Positions 1-8,871 of a stretch of DNA of 45,315 nt are shown in pieces. The DNA comes from Candidatus Woesearchaeota archaeon (GTDB lineage: Archaea > Nanobdellota > Nanobdellia > Woesearchaeales > BM511): the NCBI GenBank assembly GCA_023266675.1, contig JAHFPP010000003.1, forward strand, positions 1 to 45,315, given 5' to 3'. The translations under genes were made by a program, and so were the position numbers. Numbering within the stretch: position 1 is the stretch's first letter; every line of letters starts with the position of its first letter. Under the pieces are notes generated by a model, which did not search any database, had not been told where the DNA came from, and worked only from the letters and a program-made list of their open reading frames with translations.

Positions 1-752
1 TTGCAGAAGGCGCCGACCACGTACTTGGGTGGCGTTCCCCGAATTTTTTGTATACACCTGTTTCATGCAGCAAGATTAAACTTCTTTTAAAAAATTACAA
101 ACTGTCAGATGACATAGCATTCAGGTTTTCAAACAGGGGATGGGAAGAGTATCCTTTAAACTCCGAAAAATTTGCGGATTGGGTTTCCAAGGTTAATGGA
201 AACGGCGAAGTTGTGAATCTCTTTATGGATTATGAAACGTTTGGCGAGCACCAGTGGGAAGACACAGGTATATTCAATTTTTTAAAGCAGATGCCGTATG
301 AGATATTAAGGCATCCTGACAATGAATTTTTGCTGCCACGCGAAGTTGCAAAGAAATATCATTCAAAGTCAGAGCTTGATATTCATAATTTTATAAGCTG
401 GGCTGACATCGAGAGGGATTTGTCTGCATGGCTTGGAAACAAGATGCAGCAGATTGCAATGAGCGAGATTTATGCAATTGGAAACATGGTTAAAAAATCC
501 AATGACGCAAAATTGATTCAGGACTGGCGACGCCTTACAACTTCAGACCACTTTTATTATATGTGCACAAAATGGTTTTCAGACGGAGACGTTCACAAAT
601 ATTTCAACCCTTACGACAGCCCGTACGATTCATACATAAATTTTATTAACGTGTTAAATGATATAATGCTAAGAATGAGAGAAAAAGATTCAAAAAAGCA
701 TTTTGAAATAAGTGAGCGCCCAAGCCAGTTTTTAACAAATACAATAATTTAA
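1..752 (+). CDS. Glycoside hydrolase family 57 (alpha-amylase-like), 5'-truncated by the window edge
   Basis: The frame is open from position 3 (AEGADHVLGWRSPNFLY). GH57 motifs LSDDIAFRFS, FMDYETFGEHQW, SWADIERDLSAW, TSDHFYYM. Confidence 0.92.
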   Translation, partial: AEGADHVLGWRSPNFLYTPVSCSKIKLLLKNYKLSDDIAFRFSNRGWEEYPLNSEKFADWVSKVNGNGEVVNLFMDYETFGEHQWEDTGIFNFLKQMPYEILRHPDNEFLLPREVAKKYHSKSELDIHNFISWADIERDLSAWLGNKMQQIAMSEIYAIGNMVKKSNDAKLIQDWRRLTTSDHFYYMCTKWFSDGDVHKYFNPYDSPYDSYINFINVLNDIMLRMREKDSKKHFEISERPSQFLTNTII

Positions 753-840
753 CCTTTGTGTATAATCATGATGAATCATAAATGATTTATCGATAACAAA
801 AAAAGAGAATATCATTTTTTTAAAAGAGAGGTGTGTTTAA

Positions 841-1203
841 ATGAGTAAAGAGCATTTAACAAAGGAAGTAGAACATAAAAAGGATACTAAAAAGAAAGGA
901 AGGCCTAAAAAAGAGAGCTCACAAAAGAAAGTTGTAAAAAAAGTCATTAATCCTGAAAATTATTTCTTCATGCACGACGGCAGGGTTCTAAAGGAGATTA
1001 TTGAACTTGCAGAGATTCTTGAAACAATTGATAACGAAGTATTTTATCATCACGTAAATGAATCCAAAAATGATTTCTCAAACTGGATAAGGGATATTTT
1101 TGAGAATCATGAACTTTCACAGGAGATATTTGCAGTAAGGGAACCAAGACAAATGCAGGTCATCATATTGAAGCATCTAGCAGGAAAAGAGGGAAAACGA
1201 TGA
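841..1203 (+). CDS. DUF5752-like protein with Lys-rich N-terminus
   Basis: F-F-x-D-G ... L-x-E-L ... HHVNESKNDFSNWIRD pattern typical of small proteins in GH57/glycogen clusters. SD GAGGTG upstream. Confidence 0.7.
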   Translation: MSKEHLTKEVEHKKDTKKKGRPKKESSQKKVVKKVINPENYFFMHDGRVLKEIIELAEILETIDNEVFYHHVNESKNDFSNWIRDIFENHELSQEIFAVREPRQMQVIILKHLAGKEGKR

Positions 1204-1751
1204 TTGAAGCAGAAGAACACAACAGTTTCTTTTTTGGAGACAAGAAAATAAAAAACTTAAAGCAGCTTGTTGAAACGCTTGAAGATGAGAATCATATAGA
1301 GACTGCAAAAAGGCATATTAGTGAGAACAATAATGATTTTGCAAACTGGATAAGGCATGTTTTGAAAGATGGAATATTGGCTGACAGAATATCAAAGGAA
1401 AGCGATGTAAGGACTATTGCAAAAATAATAAAGGAGAATATAAGCTATACTGAAACCCCGGTACAAGATAAGGAATCTATAAAACATGAGACCGGAATAA
1501 TAGATCATTCAGATCCTGCCATGTATGACATGCGAAAAAATGAGAATGAAAAGATGCATAGTGACTCGTCTGAACTTCACCTTAAAACAAAAATTACCCA
1601 TCATGATGATGTACTAAAAAAGTCAAAAGAAACAAGGCATTTTTGTCCTCTGTTTTTTGACTGCATGAAAAAAGAATTTTTATTCGGACTTGGCCTTGGA
1701 ATAATTGTTGGCATATTTGTAGCAGTATTCATAAAGATTGGAGCCATATAA
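1200..1751 (+). CDS. DUF5752-like protein with C-terminal transmembrane anchor
   Basis: Paralogous motif HISENNNDFANWIRHVL; hydrophobic C-terminus FLFGLGLGIIVGIFVAVFI; ATGA overlap with the upstream gene. Confidence 0.65.
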   Translation: MIEAEEHNSFFFGDKKIKNLKQLVETLEDENHIETAKRHISENNNDFANWIRHVLKDGILADRISKESDVRTIAKIIKENISYTETPVQDKESIKHETGIIDHSDPAMYDMRKNENEKMHSDSSELHLKTKITHHDDVLKKSKETRHFCPLFFDCMKKEFLFGLGLGIIVGIFVAVFIKIGAI

Positions 1752-1770
1752 AATGGATATAACATAAAAA

Positions 1771-3555
1771 ATGGGAAAAAACAACGTAGAGATATTATTT
1801 GAAACATCATACGAAGTATGCAATAAGGTTGGAGGCATTTATACTGTTCTCATCTCAAAGGCCGCTTTGATGAAAGAAAAGTATCCTTCATACGTTGCAA
1901 TAGGGCCTTATTACCATGACAAGGCAAATCTCTCGCTTGAACAGCTTCCAGCTCCAAAAGAATACTCAGACATATTTGATGATTTAAGAAAAGAAGGCAT
2001 TGAATGCATTTACGGCAGGTGGTTAATTCCAGGAGAACCAAACGTAATACTTATTGACTTTAAAAATTACCTTTCAAAAACAAATGATATAAAAAAAGAG
2101 TTGTGGGAAGCATTTGGAGTTGACACGCTATACTGTTCCTATGATTTCACAGAGCCAATGGTCTGGGCGTGGTGCGTTGGACGGCTTCTTGACAGGATTG
2201 GGAGAAAGTATCCGGATAAAAAGATTGTCGCGCAGTTTCACGAGTGGCTTGCAGGAATCGCTCTGCTTAACTTAAAGAAAAATAATTCCACGATACGCAC
2301 AGTTTTCACTACGCACGCAACAATGCTTGGACGCGCGATTGCAGGCAGCGGTGAAGATTTATACTCTATGCTTGACAGAATCAACCCTTATGAAGAAGCA
2401 AAAAAGAGGGGTATACTTGATAAATTTACAACAGAAAAAGCCTGCGCAACTAACTGTGAAATATTTACAACTGTTTCAGAAATAACAGGGATTGAAGCTG
2501 AAAAGATACTTGGACGTAAACCAGAGGTACTTGTATTAAACGGGCTTGATGCTGAAAAATTCCCAACAATCGAGGGAACATCAATTAAGCACCAGCAGAC
2601 AAGGGAAATTATAAGGGAATTTTTGGCGTACTACTTTTTTCCATACTACGAAATTGACCTTGAAGAGAGTCTAAATTTTTTTCTTTTGGCAAGATACGAA
2701 TTTAAAAACAAAGGAATTGATGTTTACATAAAATCACTTGGAAAGCTGAATAAGAGATTAAAAGACGAAAAATCCGAGAAAACAGTTATTTCGCTTTTTT
2801 TTGTACCAATGGATTCACACGGAATAAAGACGTCACTGCTTGAAAACAAGAATTTTTATCATGAAATAAAAGACGCTGTTGAGGCACAGAATGTAATTGT
2901 TAAAACACGCCTTATACGCGACCTTGTGTCAAACAAGAAAATTGAGATAGAGAACCTATTGCCAAAAGATTTTATAATGTCAATAAAAAAAACAACCCAG
3001 AGTTTCATAAAACAGGGTGAGTCTCCTCCTCTTTCAACGCACACGCTTCAGAATGAAAACGAGAATGAAGTGATAGTTGCCTTGAGAAATGAAGGTCTTC
3101 TAAATAAAAGAGAGGATAAGGTCAAGGTGATAATTTACCCTGTGTATTTATCTGAGTCTGATGGAGTTCTTAATATGAAATATTATGATGTTGTTTCAGG
3201 ATGCCATCTTGGAATTTTCCCAAGCTACTATGAACCTTGGGGGTACACCCCTCTTGAATGCGGAGCACTTGGAGTGCCGTCTATAACAACCGATCTGTCA
3301 GGTTTTGGAAGATACATTGAGAATATTCCAAATGAGAAAAAAGGCGGTGTTTACGTTCTTAAAAGATATCATAAAAGTGATAATGATTTTGTAGATGATT
3401 TCACAGAGACTCTTTACAGGTTTACAAAAATGAAAAAGAATGAAAGGGTTAATCAGAAAGTCCTTGCAAAGGAATTATCGCTTCTTGCTGACTGGTCAAT
3501 TCTTATTAATAATTATATTGAAGCGCACAACAGGGCGCTTGAAGCGAAAAGGTAA
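1771..3555 (+). CDS. Glycogen synthase, GT3 (eukaryote-like) family
   Basis: FETSYEVCNKVGGIYTV, QFHEWLAG, FTTHATMLGR, RYEFKNKG, FPSYYEPWGYTPLE. Confidence 0.93.
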   Translation: MGKNNVEILFETSYEVCNKVGGIYTVLISKAALMKEKYPSYVAIGPYYHDKANLSLEQLPAPKEYSDIFDDLRKEGIECIYGRWLIPGEPNVILIDFKNYLSKTNDIKKELWEAFGVDTLYCSYDFTEPMVWAWCVGRLLDRIGRKYPDKKIVAQFHEWLAGIALLNLKKNNSTIRTVFTTHATMLGRAIAGSGEDLYSMLDRINPYEEAKKRGILDKFTTEKACATNCEIFTTVSEITGIEAEKILGRKPEVLVLNGLDAEKFPTIEGTSIKHQQTREIIREFLAYYFFPYYEIDLEESLNFFLLARYEFKNKGIDVYIKSLGKLNKRLKDEKSEKTVISLFFVPMDSHGIKTSLLENKNFYHEIKDAVEAQNVIVKTRLIRDLVSNKKIEIENLLPKDFIMSIKKTTQSFIKQGESPPLSTHTLQNENENEVIVALRNEGLLNKREDKVKVIIYPVYLSESDGVLNMKYYDVVSGCHLGIFPSYYEPWGYTPLECGALGVPSITTDLSGFGRYIENIPNEKKGGVYVLKRYHKSDNDFVDDFTETLYRFTKMKKNERVNQKVLAKELSLLADWSILINNYIEAHNRALEAKR

Positions 3556-3557
3556 CT

Positions 3558-4523
3558 ATGCCTCAGATAAGAAAGGATTATATTCTGGAAAAGTATGTGA
3601 TAATATCAGCTGAAAGAGCCAGACGGCCGCTGGAATTTATTTCCAAAAAGCACGAGATAAGCTCTAAAGATAACTGTCCTTTTTGTCCTGGCAACGAGAA
3701 AATGATTCCAGGAGTCATTGAAGAAGTCAAGGATGGCGCCGCGTGGAGTTCGCGCGCTATATGGAATAAGTTTAAAATCGCTTCAAAGAGCTCAAACAGC
3801 TTGATTAGAACAGACAATGAATTCTACACGTTTGGCGACGCAAATGGCGAACATGAAGTCATTATTGACACGCCATCACATGGTGTTGAAATGGAAGATT
3901 TAAGTGAAGAGCATATAAAAAAACTTTTAAATTTAATAATAAAAAGAGTAAATGAAAATTATAAACTTGGATATGAGTACGTTGTTGTTTTTAAAAACAG
4001 AGGGGATGAAGCTGGCGCATCACTTTCTCACTCGCATCACCAGATAGTGTCATATAACATGCTTCCTGTCGAGATTAGAAAGGATATTGAAGCTGTTGCC
4101 TTGTATAGACTTAAAAATAATTCCTGTCCGTATTGCAAGATTATAAATTCTGAGAAGGATTCAGACAGAAGAATATATCAGGATTCCTGTTTTGTATCGT
4201 TTACGCCGTACGCGTCAAGGTTTCCTTTTGAAGCGTGGATTTTGCCAAAGAGATGCGTGCATTCAATAACAGAATTAAGTGACAAGGAGATAACATCACT
4301 TGCTTTTGTGATTAAAAAAATACTTATGACGCTTGACAAATTGAATTATCCGGCATTTAACATGTTTTACAAAATTTCAAATGATAAGAATAGGAATTAT
4401 CATTTCAGAATTGAGATTTCACCGCGCCTAGCAAAGTGGGCTGGGTTTGAATATGTGACAGGAACAATTGTAAACAGCATGACGCCAGAATCTGCTGCAA
4501 AGTTCTACAGAAATGAGGAATAG
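3558..4523 (+). CDS. galT: Galactose-1-phosphate uridylyltransferase (GalT/HIT family)
   Basis: ERARRP, CPFCPGNE, GEHEVII, FKNRGxxAGASLSHSHHQI (HxHxQ motif), CPYC. Confidence 0.9.
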   Translation: MPQIRKDYILEKYVIISAERARRPLEFISKKHEISSKDNCPFCPGNEKMIPGVIEEVKDGAAWSSRAIWNKFKIASKSSNSLIRTDNEFYTFGDANGEHEVIIDTPSHGVEMEDLSEEHIKKLLNLIIKRVNENYKLGYEYVVVFKNRGDEAGASLSHSHHQIVSYNMLPVEIRKDIEAVALYRLKNNSCPYCKIINSEKDSDRRIYQDSCFVSFTPYASRFPFEAWILPKRCVHSITELSDKEITSLAFVIKKILMTLDKLNYPAFNMFYKISNDKNRNYHFRIEISPRLAKWAGFEYVTGTIVNSMTPESAAKFYRNEE

Positions 4524-4593
4524 GCTCTGTTCAGAGTTATAATAAGAAATTATATAAATAAAATGAGATAAGACTTGTTAAAACTAATGAAAG

Positions 4594-5589
4594 GTGATTT
4601 ATATTAAGGCAATAATACCGCTCGCAGGAAAAGGAACAAGGCTACGGCCGCATACGTATTCAAAACCAAAGCCGCTGCTTCACGTCGCAGGAAAACCTGT
4701 ACTTGGACATATTCTTGACTCGCTAAAAAACTTAAATATTGATGAGATAATCTTTATCACTGGCGACATGGAAGACCACATAGTAAAATATGTCAGCAAA
4801 AATTATGATTATAAATGCACTTATGTCAAGCAGAATGAAATGCTTGGAGATGGCCACGCAATAAGCCTTGCAAAGTATAATGTTGAAGAAGACGTCATCG
4901 TTGTTTTTGTAGATACACTCTTTGTTGGCGACATTAAAAAAGACATTAAGAATATCGGCGATAATGAAGGGATAGTGTGGACTTCAAAGACAAGCGACCC
5001 GAAAAGGTTTGGGATTGTTGAGATAAAAAATGACAGCATAGTTAGCATTGAAGAAAAACCTGAGCATCCAAAATCCGACCTTGCAGTGATAGGTCTTTAT
5101 TATTTTAAGGACGCAAAAAAAATGTTTAATTATCTTGAAAAATTGCATGAAAATAAAATTTCGTCAAAAGGCGAATACCGCCTTGCTGACGCCATGGGTC
5201 TCATGATTAAAGATGGCGCAAAATTAAAATCAGAAACAGTTGACATGTGGCTTGACTGCGGAAAGCCTGAAACTCTTATTGAGACAAACAGGTATCTACT
5301 TGAAAATGGAAAGCAGACTGTAAACCATTACAAGAACTGCGTGATAAATTATCCTGTTTATATTGAAAACAGCGTATTTGCCGAGAACTCTGTAATTGGG
5401 CCGAATGTTTCAATAGCAAGAGGCTCAAAAATAATAAGTTCAATAGTCTCAAACAGCATCATAGGTGAAGATGTCATAATAGAGAACACTGTTCTTGACT
5501 ATTCGCTTGTTGGAAACAAGGCAGAAATAAGTTACACCAAGAAAAAACTTAACGTGGGAGATTCAACGCAGATACTTTCATCCCACTGA
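4594..5589 (+). CDS. Sugar-1-phosphate nucleotidyltransferase (glucose-1-P thymidylyl/uridylyltransferase-like) with C-terminal beta-helix
   Basis: LAGKGTRLRPHTYSKPKPLL, EEKP, WLDCGKPE and hexapeptide-like C-terminus. Start codon uncertain (GTG 4594 or ATT 4603). Confidence 0.88.
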   Translation: MIYIKAIIPLAGKGTRLRPHTYSKPKPLLHVAGKPVLGHILDSLKNLNIDEIIFITGDMEDHIVKYVSKNYDYKCTYVKQNEMLGDGHAISLAKYNVEEDVIVVFVDTLFVGDIKKDIKNIGDNEGIVWTSKTSDPKRFGIVEIKNDSIVSIEEKPEHPKSDLAVIGLYYFKDAKKMFNYLEKLHENKISSKGEYRLADAMGLMIKDGAKLKSETVDMWLDCGKPETLIETNRYLLENGKQTVNHYKNCVINYPVYIENSVFAENSVIGPNVSIARGSKIISSIVSNSIIGEDVIIENTVLDYSLVGNKAEISYTKKKLNVGDSTQILSSH

Positions 5590-5596
5590 TAATAAA

Positions 5597-7420
5597 ATGG
5601 TAAAAGTTGTTTACGAATTTGATGATGAATCCTTAAGGGAGGAGGTTGTTGAGCCTAACATCCTTTTGACAAACAAAAAAGGAGGATATTTTCTTGATTT
5701 TAAGACAACTAAATACAGAGGACTGTTTACCACATGCAAAACAAATGATGGATGGAGTCTTATAAAAAGCATAGATACGATATCAATCAGTGAAGTATCA
5801 ACTGAATTTATAAAAAAACTTTGGGGCTTTGAAAAAAAACACCAGAGCGGAGCTACTGAACAATTCTTTTTACATAATGATACGCTTCTTTATGAAGTCA
5901 ACAATTATGAAGGAACGTCACTGTTGACGCTTGACACTCGAGACATATACAACTTTGACGCTTTTGGAAAAAAATACAGCGTAAGTAAAGAGAAGGAATT
6001 CATAATAATAAAATTCTCAAAAGGAGATTTTGTAAGATACATCGCGATAAAGACAAATGTTCCGTATACCTCGCAGGACAAATGGGTTGAGAACTTTTTT
6101 GAGTTTGACAGCAAAAGAAACAATGCACCGATATCATGGTACGTTTATGAATCACTGCTTTTCAAAATTATCGGAAGCGCGAAAATAGCGATATCATCGT
6201 CTGATGACAGAGAAAAAGCGATGAGCGAAGCGAATTTTGTTTATTACAGCTCAGATTTGCTTAAATCGCAAAAAGAGACTGAGCTTAGAAATATTCTTAG
6301 CAGAAATGCTCCGCGAAGGCACATAGATATTGCGTATAAATGCAGCCTTGTAGCCCTTGACAGCCTGTTTGTTTCGCTTGACGGAATGAAAGGACTCTAT
6401 GCAGGTCTACCATGGTTCTTCCAGGTTTGGACACGTGACGAGGCAATTTCACTTGGCGCATATATACGTGAGAAAAAATTTGAATTTGCCAAAGAGATAA
6501 TACTGCGCGAGACGTCAAACATTCTTCCTGACGGCAGGCTTGTGAATAAGATACCATTGTCAGGGCTTGGAAGCGCTGACGGCGTTGGATGGAGTTTCAA
6601 GAGATTTTCTGATATGTTTTATGAATCACAAAAGGAAAAGAAACCTGAGAATGTTTTTCCAAAGGCTGACGTTGCAAAACTTAATGAAAGGCTAAAAGAT
6701 GCAATTGAAAAAATGTCGGAGAGTTATATAAAGCAGAAATTGACACTTAATAGAAAAAAAGAAACATGGATGGATACTGATGTAGGAAACGACCCACGCG
6801 ACGGCGCAAGGATAGAGATACAGGCATTGACTTTGAATATGATAAAGACTGCAAAAGATGTTTGCAGGTATTTGAATGATATTGATCTTAAGAAATATGA
6901 GACGCTTGAGAAAGAAATGAAGGATGAAGTGAAAAAAGTTTTTTATAAGAATGGAGTGTTATATGATGGATTTAATGACCCGACGATTCGTCCTAACATA
7001 TTTTTGGCTTACTATATTTATCCGGAACTGCTGACAAATGCCGAGTGGGAGGGCGTTTTCAAAAAAAGCTTGGAAGCACTGTGGCTTGACTGGGGCGGCG
7101 TCTCAACGATTGATAAAAAGAATTATTTATTTTGCGAAGAGTACACAGGGATGAACGATAAAAGCTATCACCGTGGCGACTCTTGGTATTTCTTGAATAA
7201 CTTAACCGCTATTTGTTTGTATAGGCTGAATAATGAGATGTTTAAGAAGTATATTACAAAAATCGTTCACGCAAGTACCGAGGAAATATTAAGAATGGGT
7301 GTTTTAGGATGCCACTCGGAAGTGTCTTCAGCGAAAGAGCAGCGAAGCGAAGGAACAATTTCGCAGGCTTGGTCGTCAGCGATGTACATTGAGATGGTGA
7401 ATGAGCTGTTTTTAAGATGA
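5597..7420 (+). CDS. Glycogen debranching enzyme / amylo-alpha-1,6-glucosidase (GDE_C)
   Basis: AGLPWFFQVWTRDEAISL, TWMDT, PRDGARIEIQAL, IRPN, YHRGDSW, SQAWS. Confidence 0.9.
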   Translation: MVKVVYEFDDESLREEVVEPNILLTNKKGGYFLDFKTTKYRGLFTTCKTNDGWSLIKSIDTISISEVSTEFIKKLWGFEKKHQSGATEQFFLHNDTLLYEVNNYEGTSLLTLDTRDIYNFDAFGKKYSVSKEKEFIIIKFSKGDFVRYIAIKTNVPYTSQDKWVENFFEFDSKRNNAPISWYVYESLLFKIIGSAKIAISSSDDREKAMSEANFVYYSSDLLKSQKETELRNILSRNAPRRHIDIAYKCSLVALDSLFVSLDGMKGLYAGLPWFFQVWTRDEAISLGAYIREKKFEFAKEIILRETSNILPDGRLVNKIPLSGLGSADGVGWSFKRFSDMFYESQKEKKPENVFPKADVAKLNERLKDAIEKMSESYIKQKLTLNRKKETWMDTDVGNDPRDGARIEIQALTLNMIKTAKDVCRYLNDIDLKKYETLEKEMKDEVKKVFYKNGVLYDGFNDPTIRPNIFLAYYIYPELLTNAEWEGVFKKSLEALWLDWGGVSTIDKKNYLFCEEYTGMNDKSYHRGDSWYFLNNLTAICLYRLNNEMFKKYITKIVHASTEEILRMGVLGCHSEVSSAKEQRSEGTISQAWSSAMYIEMVNELFLR

Positions 7421-7747
7421 TTAACCCATCTCTATGACTAACTTTCCGTCTTCTGGATGAACATAAGCTTTTTTTCCTTCATTTATTTTTAAGTAATCTG
7501 CAATATTTTTTGGTATCCTGACAGCAAGAGAATTTCCTGTTTTTGTGAATTTTGTCTCTTTGCCAAGACCCCAGACACCTTTCTTCTTTGCTGCTTCCTC
7601 AATTGCCTTTGTTGTCTCCTCGCTTGTAAATGATTCTTTGCATTTTGAGCATATTTCAGCTGGAAATTCACCTAGAAAAACACCAAACATCTGTTCTTTT
7701 ATTTTTCCCTGTTTTAAAACTCCTTTATCGCATACTGGGCATTTCAT
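7421..7747 (-). CDS. Antitoxin: YgiT/MqsA-type Zn finger fused to AbrB/MazE DNA-binding domain
   Basis: CPVC...CSKCKESF zinc ribbon followed by KTGNSLAVRIPK; lies directly downstream of a toxin-like gene. Confidence 0.8.
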   Translation of the reverse strand: MKCPVCDKGVLKQGKIKEQMFGVFLGEFPAEICSKCKESFTSEETTKAIEEAAKKKGVWGLGKETKFTKTGNSLAVRIPKNIADYLKINEGKKAYVHPEDGKLVIEMG

Positions 7748-7751
7748 TTGT

Positions 7752-7952
7752 TCACCTTGGTTTGACAGTTATGATATAATAAATGTCATTTGATTTTTTA
7801 TACACTACACAAAAATATTTGTGGTATGACAGTATTTTATCGGGCTTTTGTATTCCTTTTGATCCTCTTATAATCGCTTCTTTGACTTCTAAAGCCGATA
7901 TTCCTCTTAAAATCATTCTTTCTCTTGCGTGTTTACTGTATTTTATATCCAA
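7752..7952 (-). CDS. DUF4258 (RelE/BrnT-like) toxin
   Basis: YSKHARERMILRGIS...EVKEAI...G...IITV; TTG start with SD AGGTG. Confidence 0.8.
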   Translation of the reverse strand: MDIKYSKHARERMILRGISALEVKEAIIRGSKGIQKPDKILSYHKYFCVVYKKSNDIYYIITVKPR

Positions 7953-7981
7953 TGTAACACCTGTAATTACAATAAGTACTA

Positions 7982-7999
7982 GTAATATTTAAATATTAC
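7982..7999. promoter_or_regulatory. Perfect 18-bp palindrome containing TATA elements, between the divergent TA operon and dtdA
   Basis: GTAATATTT|AAATATTAC; a second palindrome TGTAATTACA lies at 7962-7971. Confidence 0.55.
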
Positions 8000-8017
8000 C
8001 CTTTAATCTCAATTAAA

Positions 8018-8808
8018 ATGAAAATCGCTTTGATAATTTCTTTGAAGGATACAGCCGCATTGAATATAAAAAAACATTTGATAAAAGATTTTATTTTAAC
8101 TGAAGAGATATTTAGAGAAAATAATGTTTACAAATTGAATGAAGATGTAAAATTGTATACTACACCTTTGGATTCTGTTCACTCTGAGAATATTGATGAT
8201 GAAATAAATGCTGACTTGTTTATTTTTTGCACACGGCACAGGAGTGAGTCAGGAATACCTTCACTTTCTATTCATTCTCCTGGAAACTTTGCGGTTGCAA
8301 AGTATGGCGGAACTGATAGAGAATTGAATTCATGTCCTGCTTCGTTTTTAAAAAAAGGTTTACGACTTTTAGAAGAAAATAAAATGGATGGTTTTGACAT
8401 TATACAGGAATGCACTCATCATGGACCTTACATGCGTAAACCCGTTATGTTCATTGAAATTGGCTCAACTGAAAAAGAGTGGGAGCGCGATGACGCTGGA
8501 AGCGTGATTGCAAAAGTAATAATTGAACTTGTTAGCTCTTCAGTTACAGAATGCGAATCGGCGGACCTCATCATACGCCTAACTTTAAAAAAATACAGCT
8601 TGAGTCAGATATTGCTGTCGGACACGTCTGCCCAAAGTACAACTTGGAGAATCTTGATAGAGAGATGATATTACAGGCTTTGGAGAAAACAGTTCCTAGG
8701 TCAGAGTTGATACTTGTTGACTGGAAGGGTCTAGGCGACCACAAAGAAAGGATAGCTGAGATATTAGATAGTATTGGCGTTGAGTGGAAGAAGACAAAAG
8801 ATTTCTGA
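8018..8808 (+). pseudogene. dtdA: Archaeal D-aminoacyl-tRNA deacylase (DtdA/GEK1), frameshifted near 8555-8562
   Basis: N-part (8018..) has TRHRSESGIPSLSIHSPGN, ECTHHGP, FIEIGSTE. C-part (..8808) has GGPHHTPNF, VGHVCPKY, DWKGL in a different frame. Confidence 0.85.
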
Positions 8809-8818
8809 AAATTATTAT

Positions 8819-8863
8819 TGTACCCCTACTAAAACATAAAGTTTAAATATTTGTAGGGGTACA
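8819..8863 (+). promoter_or_regulatory. Fic gene promoter: 11-bp perfect inverted repeat flanking the TATA box
   Basis: TGTACCCCTAC (8819-8829) and GTAGGGGTACA (8853-8863) around TTTAAATA (8842-8849). Confidence 0.7.
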
Positions 8864-8871
8864 CTATTAAT

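Noticed and set aside
8540-8575. Programmed ribosomal frameshift in dtdA
   Set aside because: No slippery sequence, and conserved residues are missing at the junction, pointing to a deletion.
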